Position numbers and translations under genes: made by a program
Source: Myxococcales bacterium
Lineage (GTDB): Bacteria; Myxococcota_A; Polyangia; Polyangiales; Polyangiaceae
DNA length: 64,000 nt
Assembly: GCA_016212965.1 (NCBI GenBank)
Contig: JACRDA010000497.1
Span: forward strand, 26,487 to 90,486
Direction: 5' to 3'
Notes under the pieces: model-generated
What the model saw: the letters and a program-made list of their open reading frames with translations, nothing else
Databases searched by the model: none
What the model was told of the DNA's origin: nothing
Shown here: positions 17,899 to 26,788 of the stretch, in pieces
Numbering within the stretch: the stretch's first letter is position 1
Layout: each line of letters opens with the position of its first letter

Positions 17899-18579
17899 AT
17901 GAACGCGCCCCGCGAGACCACGACCTGGCTTTCCACCTTCGGTGCCGTCGCGCTCCTCGCCACCGTGTCCGGCACGACCGCGTGCTCGTCCGCGTGGTCC
18001 GGGCGGATGGCGGCGCACGGCTCGCACGACTGGGATCGCAGCCACCCGACGCAGCTCTGCGCCGAGGACTCCGTTCGCGCGCAGCGCGCGCCCCTGCCCG
18101 AGGGCGCCCCGGCGGAGCTCGCCGCCACCTGCGAGACCGGCGACGCGCGCGCCTGCAGCGTGCTCGGCGTGATGTACGAGGTCGGTCGCGGTGCCCCGAT
18201 GGATCGGGCACGGGCCGCGACGCTCTTCGGCTGGGCGTGCGAGCAGGGCAACCTGTGCGGCTGCGTGAACCTCGGGCGCCTCGAGCTCTTGGAGGGCACG
18301 ACGAACGAGGCGCTCGTGGCCACCACCCGGCGCTTCGACGCGATCTGCCAGCAGGGCAGCGCCGAGGCCTGCTACTGGCTCGGTCTCGTCAAGCGCGCGA
18401 GCGCGACGGAGCCCGCCGAGCGCGCGGTCGCGGAGCTGCTCTTCACGCGCAGCTGCGCGGCGGGCTACTCGGACGCGTGCTTCGAGCTCGGCCTCTTGCA
18501 CGACCACATCGACTCGGTCGCGAGCCGCGACGTGACGACGGTGGTCGCGCACTGCCCGGGCGGCCGCTGCGGCGAGTGA
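17899..18579 (+). CDS. Sel1-like (SLR/TPR-family) repeat lipoprotein
   Basis: ORF 17899..18579. Lipobox is LLATVSGTTAC. Repeats look like Sel1 units (CETGDARACSVLGVMYEVGRGAPMDRARAATLFGWACEQGNLCGCVNLG; CQQGSAEACYWLGL; CAAGYSDACFELGLL). Confidence 0.7.
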   Translation: MNAPRETTTWLSTFGAVALLATVSGTTACSSAWSGRMAAHGSHDWDRSHPTQLCAEDSVRAQRAPLPEGAPAELAATCETGDARACSVLGVMYEVGRGAPMDRARAATLFGWACEQGNLCGCVNLGRLELLEGTTNEALVATTRRFDAICQQGSAEACYWLGLVKRASATEPAERAVAELLFTRSCAAGYSDACFELGLLHDHIDSVASRDVTTVVAHCPGGRCGE

Positions 18580-18719
18580 GAGCCTGAGCAGCACCTGGCG
18601 TGCGAACCGGTCGTTGTGAAGTCTGTGATCGAGGGGACGAGGTTGAGCCCGAGCGAGCGCTGGAGCCTTGGCCTCTGAGCAGGCGGCATCCGGACCTGAC
18701 TTTTCCCCTCACCCCCCGG

Positions 18720-18743
18720 CCCCCTCTCCCGGAGGAGAGGGGG
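18720..18743. other. Perfect 10-bp GC-rich stem-loop inside a larger inverted-repeat element
   Basis: The sequence is ccccctctcc-cgga-ggagaggggg. I checked 18720-18729 pairing with 18734-18743 base by base. No U-tract follows, so it is not a classical intrinsic terminator. Confidence 0.5.
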
Positions 18744-18920
18744 TGGTCCCAGTCGGGGACTTCCGTCGTTGGCTCGGTTGCGGGCCCTCGAAATCCGCCG
18801 CGGATTGTCGGCTCGTCCTGATGCCGCCTGCTTCTCGGCAACGGTCCAGGGCCACTCGATCCGCGCCTCGCCACCGCCGCGCGAGCACCCGGGCGCCCGG
18901 CTGCGCTATGCTCCGCGCCG

Positions 18921-19532
18921 ATGCTCCCGAAGACGCTGCTCTTGCTCTGCGCCGCCGCGCTCGGCGCGTGCCACGAGACGCCCCCGCCCGGAGGCCACCC
19001 GCCGTCGAGCGGCCACCCCACCGCGCCGCCGCCGACCGGCACCGGCGCGGCCCCCACGGCCACGGCGCCCGGCACGGTGCAGCCGACCGCCGCTCCGACG
19101 CCCACGACTGCTGCGAGCGGTGCCGTCCCGGACAAGCTCGAGGGCCCGTACCTCCTCACGTACAACCAGACGGGCGGCATCGCGGGCCTGCACATGACCT
19201 TCGTGCTCGACACGAACAAGCGGACCGCGACCTACTCGGGCTTGCGCGGCGGCTCGCCCGAGACGAAGGACGTGACCGCCGCCGAGATCGCCGCCATCAC
19301 GCAGGCCCTCGAGGCGGCGCGGCCGTCGACCTTCGCCCCGGTCAAGGGTCCTGCCGTGCCCGACGCCTTCACCTACGCCGTCGCGCTCGACTACGGCGGC
19401 AAGCTCGCGCTCGCCACCTGGTCGGACGGCACGCCGGCGCCCGAGCAGCTCGTGACCCTGCGCGAGGCCATCGTGAAGCTGCGCGACGCGAAGTTCCCGG
19501 CACGGCCGCCGGTGAGTGGCCCGAAGCAGTAG
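18921..19532 (+). CDS. Hypothetical lipoprotein with a Pro/Thr/Ala-rich linker
   Basis: ORF 18921..19532 with an ATG start. Lipobox is LLLLCAAALGAC. This is followed by a PT-rich linker and a ~130-aa globular part (GPYLLTYNQTGGIAGLHMTF...). Confidence 0.6.
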   Translation: MLPKTLLLLCAAALGACHETPPPGGHPPSSGHPTAPPPTGTGAAPTATAPGTVQPTAAPTPTTAASGAVPDKLEGPYLLTYNQTGGIAGLHMTFVLDTNKRTATYSGLRGGSPETKDVTAAEIAAITQALEAARPSTFAPVKGPAVPDAFTYAVALDYGGKLALATWSDGTPAPEQLVTLREAIVKLRDAKFPARPPVSGPKQ

Positions 19533-19550
19533 CGCCTGGGGCAGTCGGCT

Positions 19551-21782
<2,232 letters not shown>

Positions 21783-21956
21783 CGGCGCTCTCCCAGCGGT
21801 GCCGGGCAGGCTCCCGTCCGGCCCCGCTCCGCAACCCCTGAGTCCTAGCTGTATCGCGCGGCGGCGACCGTCGCAAGGCGCGCCCGAGAACGAGCCGCCC
21901 GCCTGCTCCGGTCGAGAGCCTTCGCGCCCGTGCGGGATCGAGGCTAAGGCCGGCGC

Positions 21957-22775
21957 ATGCATCCGCCTCCACCGGCCTTCCACGCTCGCTACGGTCGCGT
22001 CGCGCTCGTCGCGGGCGGCTCGGAGGGCCTCGGCGCCGAGCTCGCGCGTGGGCTCGCCGCGCGCGGGCTCGACCTCGTGCTCGCGGCGCGGCGCGCGGAG
22101 CCCCTGTCCGCTCTCGGCGCCGAGCTCGCGCGCGCGCACGGCGTGTCGGTGCGCTCCGTCGCGGCCGACCTCGCCGAGCCCGACGGCGTCGCCGCGGCCG
22201 TCGCCGCGACCGAGGGGCTCGAGCTCGGGCTCGTCGTGTGCAACGCGGCGCTCGCGCCCGTCGGTCGCTTCCTCGCCGAGCCGGCGGCGCGGCACGAGCG
22301 CGTCCTCGCCCTCAACTGTCGCGCACCGGCGCTGCTGATCCACGCGCTCGCCCCGCGCCTCGTCGCGCGTGGGCGCGGCGGCGTCGTCGTGTGCTCCGCG
22401 CGGGCCGGCCATCGGGGAACGGCGCTCGTCGCACACTACGCGGCGACGAAGGCCTACCTGCGGGTGCTCGCGGAGGGGCTCTGGCAGGAGCTGCGCCCGC
22501 ACGGCGTGGACGTGCTCGCCTGCTGTCCGGGGCCGGTCGAGACGCCGACGTTCCGCAAGGACGAGCCCGCGACCGCAGGCTGGCTGTCGCTGCCCCCGAT
22601 GGACCCCGCCGCGGTGGCCGAGCAGACGCTGCGCGCGCTCGGCCGCGGGCCGGTGGTGGTCCCCGGGCTCCGGCCCGCGCTCGCGAGCGCACTCGTGACG
22701 CGCCTGTTGCCGCGGCGCCTCGCGATCGCGCTCGCCTCGGCGGGCACGCGCGCGATGTACGCGCGGCGCACGTAG
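21957..22775 (+). CDS. Short-chain dehydrogenase/reductase (SDR) family oxidoreductase
   Basis: ORF 21957..22775. It has a Rossmann motif (VALVAGGSEGLGAELARGLAARG), a catalytic YxxxK (YAATKAY) and NAAL. Its stop TAG (22773-75) abuts the stop CTA (22776-78) of the convergent ERG2-like gene. Confidence 0.8.
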   Translation: MHPPPPAFHARYGRVALVAGGSEGLGAELARGLAARGLDLVLAARRAEPLSALGAELARAHGVSVRSVAADLAEPDGVAAAVAATEGLELGLVVCNAALAPVGRFLAEPAARHERVLALNCRAPALLIHALAPRLVARGRGGVVVCSARAGHRGTALVAHYAATKAYLRVLAEGLWQELRPHGVDVLACCPGPVETPTFRKDEPATAGWLSLPPMDPAAVAEQTLRALGRGPVVVPGLRPALASALVTRLLPRRLAIALASAGTRAMYARRT

Positions 22776-23453
22776 CTAGCCGCGCGGAATCTCGTTCGTC
22801 CAGGGTCGCGGCGTGAACAGGCTCGCGAGCGGTGGGCCGACGAGCGAGGGAAGGATGCCGGCGAGCCGCTTGATGGGCCGCAGGAGCGGCGAGCCCGGGG
22901 CGTCCGGATTGCGCCAGTGCCGGCCAATGCACGCGGTGTAGACCGCGAGGGTCTGCGCCGCGGTGAGGCCATCGAGCGCGGACAGCGACACGTCCGCGAG
23001 TCCGAACGGGATCGAGAGCGGCAACGGGCCGCGCTCGTACTCGAGCGCCCACACGCCGTTCGTGAAGTTCATGCCGACCGCCTGGCCGGCGCCCACGTAG
23101 ATGCGGTCGCCGGGCTTGAAGATGCGCGGCTCGAACACGCCCTCGGCGTAGTACCAGGTCTCGCCGTCGAGCACCGTGTCCCAGAACCCGCAGGCGTGGC
23201 GGCCCGAGTGGCCCTCCGACCCGATCGGCGTCCCCCAGATCATGATGTACTCGAACAGGGACGCGAAATAGAGCTTCATCTGGATCATCGCGCCGCCCGC
23301 GATGCTGTAGAGCCAGGGCAGGCTGCGATCGATGTGGCTCGGATAGTGCGACTCGAGCGCGCTCGCGACGGCATCGAACAGCTCGGGCTTCGGCTTGCCG
23401 AGACCGGCGAGCGCGCACTCGTGGACGACGTCGGGGTCGAAGACGTACTGCAC
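22776..23453 (-). CDS. ERG2 / sigma-1-receptor family protein (C-8 sterol isomerase-like), without the N-terminal TM helix
   Basis: This is the C-terminal 225 codons of ORF 22776..24527(-). GTG at 23453 is preceded by GGAGGAA with an 8-nt spacer. From memory it aligns with human SIGMAR1:
- GGAMIQMKLYFASLFEYIMIWGTPIGSEGHSGRH vs [34 protein letters not shown]
- FWDTVLDG vs EISDTIISG (Asp126 equivalent present)
- WALEYERGPLP vs WMVEYGRGVIP (Glu172 equivalent present). Confidence 0.75.
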   Translation of the reverse strand: MQYVFDPDVVHECALAGLGKPKPELFDAVASALESHYPSHIDRSLPWLYSIAGGAMIQMKLYFASLFEYIMIWGTPIGSEGHSGRHACGFWDTVLDGETWYYAEGVFEPRIFKPGDRIYVGAGQAVGMNFTNGVWALEYERGPLPLSIPFGLADVSLSALDGLTAAQTLAVYTACIGRHWRNPDAPGSPLLRPIKRLAGILPSLVGPPLASLFTPRPWTNEIPRG

Positions 23454-23495
23454 GTAGGTGATTCCTCCGATGGGGGGTGGCCGGGCCGCTCGTCG

Positions 23496-23600
23496 GTGCG
23501 GGTGCGGGCGGGCGTGTGCGGGTGCGGGTGCGGGTGCGGGTGCGGGCGCGGGCGCGGGTGCAGGGGCGGGCGCGAGGGCGGGGGCGAGGGCGGGGGCACC
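23496..23600. repeat. Degenerate tandem hexanucleotide repeat (GTGCGG/GCGCGG/GGGCGA)n, about 17 units, G-rich on the + strand
   Basis: Read directly from the sequence: gtgcgg gtgcgg gcgggc gtgtgc..., then five perfect gtgcgg units at 23516-23545, then gcgcgg x2, gtgcag, gggcgg, gcgcga, gggcgg, gggcga, gggcgg, gggcac. It lies between the stop of 23624..23947 and the start of the ERG2-like gene. Confidence 0.85.
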
Positions 23601-23623
23601 CGTCGGCGGGCGCCGACGGGGTC

Positions 23624-23947
23624 TCAGCGTGGCAGCATCGCCATGACGCGCCGGCGCTCCCCTTCGAGGATCTCGATCGCGCGCCCGAGTCCGATCTCGC
23701 CCGCGACGGCGAGTAGGAGCGCGCCGGCCCCGGAGGTCGCGCCGCCCTTCGCAGCCACGCCGCTGCGGGCGCGGTCCGCGTCGCGTTGCTTGCGGGCGCG
23801 CGCCACGGAGCGGATCGTGTAGACGTACTTCTCGGTGAGGGCGAGCCCGACGGCCTTGCCCTTGGCGACGATCTCCTTCGCCATCAGATCCGGGTGCTCG
23901 AGGATGAAGTCGGACTTGTTCTGCGTCGTCTTCTTCTGCTTCGCCAT
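23624..23947 (-). CDS. Small basic hypothetical protein (107 aa)
   Basis: ORF 23624..23947(-). ATG at 23947 is preceded by AAGGAG about 10 nt upstream. It begins MAKQKKTTQNKSDFILEHPDLMAKEIVAKGKAVGL..., a composition unlike the GC-artefact ORFs. No family recognised. Confidence 0.55.
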   Translation of the reverse strand: MAKQKKTTQNKSDFILEHPDLMAKEIVAKGKAVGLALTEKYVYTIRSVARARKQRDADRARSGVAAKGGATSGAGALLLAVAGEIGLGRAIEILEGERRRVMAMLPR

Positions 23948-24305
23948 GGGGGTCCTGCTCCTTTGCGGCCCACGCTAGCATCATCGAGATCTCGGACGCA
24001 CCCCCCGCGGTCCCGCGGGAGCGCAAGCGCCAGCGCGCGTCCGAGCCCGTGCCGCGCCGCGGCGACCTGCCGCCGACCGCTCCCGACCCGCCGGCCCGGC
24101 GGCCCCTCGCGCTCGTGGCCGCGTTCGTGGCCGCGCTCGGCCTGCTCGTGCTTCTGGCGGTCGTCTCGCGACTGTGAGACACCGGGGACGCCGCGCTGCC
24201 AGCGTGGCGCGGCGTCCCTGCCACCTTGCGGGGGCGCCGCGGTGCCGGTCGACGCGTCGGGCAGCCCGCACCGGCGCAGAGCCGCACAACCCCGTGAGCG
24301 AAGAA

Positions 24306-26666
24306 ATGACCAAGGACCGCAGGGGGTCGACGCATCCCGAGAGCACGCACGGACGACGCGGCGTGCGACAGCGCTTGTTTCGCCGCATCGTCGCCTGGCG
24401 CTGGCTCGTCGTCGCCTTCTGGGTCGTCGTCAGCGTCCCGTGCGCCTTCTTGGCGACCCGCGTGGGGAACGACAGCTCGGTCGACGGCATCATCGACCCG
24501 AACGACCCCGGCATCGTGCAGAGCCACGCGTTCGCTGCCGTCTTCGGGCGCGGCGAGATGGCCGTCCTCATCCTCGAGGCCGACGACCCCTATGCGCCGC
24601 CGGTGCTGGCGCGCGCGGACGCGCTCGTCCAGGCGCTCGCGGCGGTCCCCGGCGTCACGGCCACGTCGATCGTGACCACGTTCCGCGAGGCGAAGGCGGG
24701 CTTCGACCCGCAGAAAGACGGCGAGCGGCTGCGGCGCTTCGCCACCGGCACGAGCTTCTTTCGCGAGCAGGGCCTCGTCGGCGACGACTTCCTCGTCGTG
24801 GCGCTCGTCCTCGACACCGAGCCCGGGGCGGAGCGCGACGACACGCTCGATGCCGTCGACCGCGCGCTCGACGAGGTCGGCACGGCCGGGCTTCGCCAGC
24901 TGCGGCGCGTCGGCAAGCCCTACGTGAACCGCTACTTCGACGCGGCGCAGAAGCGCTCGGGCCCGATCTACTTCGGGCTCTTCATGGCGTTCGTCGTGGT
25001 GCTGACGGTCGCGCTTTTCCGCTCGTGGCGCACCCTGTGCGCCATCCTGCTGACGCTCGGGGTGTGCCTCGCGGTCTCGATGGGCTTCATCGGCCTACTG
25101 CGGGGCAAGTTCACCCTCGTGTCGCCGATGGTGCCCATGACGATCCTCGTCACGGCGACGGCCACGCTCGTCTACCTGCACGCGCGCTTCGTCGACAAGC
25201 CCGACGAGCGCAGCGTCGAGGACCACCAGATCTTCGCCCTCGGCAACAAGTTCCTCGCCTGCACCGCCTCGATCTTCGCCGCGGCCGTGGGCTTCGCCGC
25301 CCTCTTCGTTTCCCACATGAAGGCGATCCGCGACATGGGCGTCTGGGTGGCCGGGGGTCTGTTCTTCACCTGGCTCGTGGCGTTCACGCTCTTCCCGGCC
25401 CTGCAGCGGCTGCTGCGCACCCCGACGCGCAGCGCGCGCAAGGCGACGGCGAGCTCCTGGTTCGCGGCGCTCGCGCGGGTGCTGCCCGGTTTCACGTACC
25501 GCTTTCGCTGGCCGCTGGTGCTCGGCGCGCTCGTGCTCTCGGCGGGCGGCGTGGTCGCCGTGTTCGGTGCCGGTCGGGCGCTCTCGCCGATGACGCCGCT
25601 CACCGAGCCCATCGAGTACGTGAGCCGCGACTCCGACGTGTACCGCGACACCGTGCGGGCGCGCGCCATCCTGCCGGGGCTCAGCATCACCCAGGTGTGG
25701 ATCAAGGGCGACGCCAAGGTGAATCTCGCCGATCCGCCCATGCTCTCCGGCCTCGAGCGCTTCGAGCGGGCGCTCGCCGCCGACGAGGAGGTCGGGTCGG
25801 TCGTCGGCTTGCCGAGCATCCTGCGCATGGTCCTCTACGCCGGCGACCGGGGCGACAAGTGGCCAGGCGACGACGAGGGGCTCGAGGAGCTCGCCGAGAT
25901 GCTCGAGTCGCTCAGCGTGGCGAAGCCGCAGGCGGTGCGCGCCTTCGTCGACCGGGGCCTGACCCAGACGCAGTTCACGGTCATCAACGGCGCGACGGAG
26001 CACGAGGCCTTCGCGCGCCTGCAGGCCCGCATCGATCACCACTGGCAGGAGGCCACGGCGGCACACCCGGCGCTCGCCAAGCTCGAGCTGTCGACCGTGG
26101 GCCTCGGGCCGCTGCAGGCCAAGATGAGCCAGAGCCTCGTCCCGACGCTGGTCGAGAGCTTCGCCCTCACGGCGGGCATCATCTTCGTCACGTTCCTCAT
26201 CGTCTTCCGCAGCGGCGCGGCGCGCATCATGACGATGCTGCCGTCGCTCTTCGCGATCCTCGTGATGTTCCTCGTGATGCGCATCACGGGCATGGCGCCG
26301 AACGTGGCGACCATCCTCATCGCCTCGACCGTGCTCGGCACCTCCGAGAACGACCAGATCCACTTCTTCTACCACTTCCAGGAGGGCCGGCGCCGCGGCA
26401 CGGTGCAGCAGGCGCTCGAGCACACCTTCCTCGTGGCCGGCCGCGCCGTCTTCTTCGCCACCATCATCAACGCCGGCGGGTTCCTCGCCTTCGCCTTCGC
26501 CGAGGTGCGCCCGATGCAGCAGTTCGGCGGCCTCACCGCGCTCGCGCTCGGGCTCTCGATGGTCGCCGACTTCACGGCCCTGCCCGCGGCGCTGTGGCTC
26601 GTGTTCCGCGCCAAGCCCGACGCGGTCGCGCCCGCCCCCGCCGCCGCGACCGCGCCAGAGGCGTAG
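24306..26666 (+). CDS. RND-superfamily / MMPL-type transporter (HpnN-like lipid exporter architecture)
   Basis: This is the real part of ORF 24174..26666, starting at ATG 24306 (MTKDRRGS). It has two TM bundles of about 6 helices, each preceded by a large soluble loop. The TM bundles (GLFMAFVVVLTVALFRSWRTLCAILLTLGVCLAVSMGFIGLL...; ALTAGIIFVTFLIVFRSGAARIMTMLPSLFAILVMFLVMRITG...) are typical of MMPL/SSD-containing RND proteins. Confidence 0.8.
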   Translation: MTKDRRGSTHPESTHGRRGVRQRLFRRIVAWRWLVVAFWVVVSVPCAFLATRVGNDSSVDGIIDPNDPGIVQSHAFAAVFGRGEMAVLILEADDPYAPPVLARADALVQALAAVPGVTATSIVTTFREAKAGFDPQKDGERLRRFATGTSFFREQGLVGDDFLVVALVLDTEPGAERDDTLDAVDRALDEVGTAGLRQLRRVGKPYVNRYFDAAQKRSGPIYFGLFMAFVVVLTVALFRSWRTLCAILLTLGVCLAVSMGFIGLLRGKFTLVSPMVPMTILVTATATLVYLHARFVDKPDERSVEDHQIFALGNKFLACTASIFAAAVGFAALFVSHMKAIRDMGVWVAGGLFFTWLVAFTLFPALQRLLRTPTRSARKATASSWFAALARVLPGFTYRFRWPLVLGALVLSAGGVVAVFGAGRALSPMTPLTEPIEYVSRDSDVYRDTVRARAILPGLSITQVWIKGDAKVNLADPPMLSGLERFERALAADEEVGSVVGLPSILRMVLYAGDRGDKWPGDDEGLEELAEMLESLSVAKPQAVRAFVDRGLTQTQFTVINGATEHEAFARLQARIDHHWQEATAAHPALAKLELSTVGLGPLQAKMSQSLVPTLVESFALTAGIIFVTFLIVFRSGAARIMTMLPSLFAILVMFLVMRITGMAPNVATILIASTVLGTSENDQIHFFYHFQEGRRRGTVQQALEHTFLVAGRAVFFATIINAGGFLAFAFAEVRPMQQFGGLTALALGLSMVADFTALPAALWLVFRAKPDAVAPAPAAATAPEA

Positions 26667-26788
26667 CGTCCACCGCGGGCGTCCTCGGCCGCACGCGTGC
26701 CCGTTGCTCGGCGCGGCGGGCGGAGGCATAAGGTGCCCCGAGCACCGCGCCACTGGGCCGGGCGGTTCGGGGGTCGAGGGCAAAGACC

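Noticed and set aside
18600-18821. 73-aa + strand ORF (..TFPLTPRPPLPEERGWSQSG..) in the Sel1/lipoprotein intergenic gap
   Set aside because: It is read straight through the palindromic CCCCCTCTCC/GGAGAGGGGG hairpin and the inverted-repeat element. It has no RBS and a low-complexity translation, so I treat the region as a non-coding repeat or structure instead.
23454-24527. A possible long N-terminal extension of the ERG2-like protein, including a (PA)n linker encoded by the hexamer repeat
   Set aside because: There is no plausible start or RBS upstream. The extension overlaps the well-formed small gene 23624..23947 in another frame. A strong GGAGGAA-N8-GTG sits exactly where homology to ERG2/SIGMAR1 begins. 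The repeat's capacity to be read as (PA)n is kept as a note under the repeat finding.
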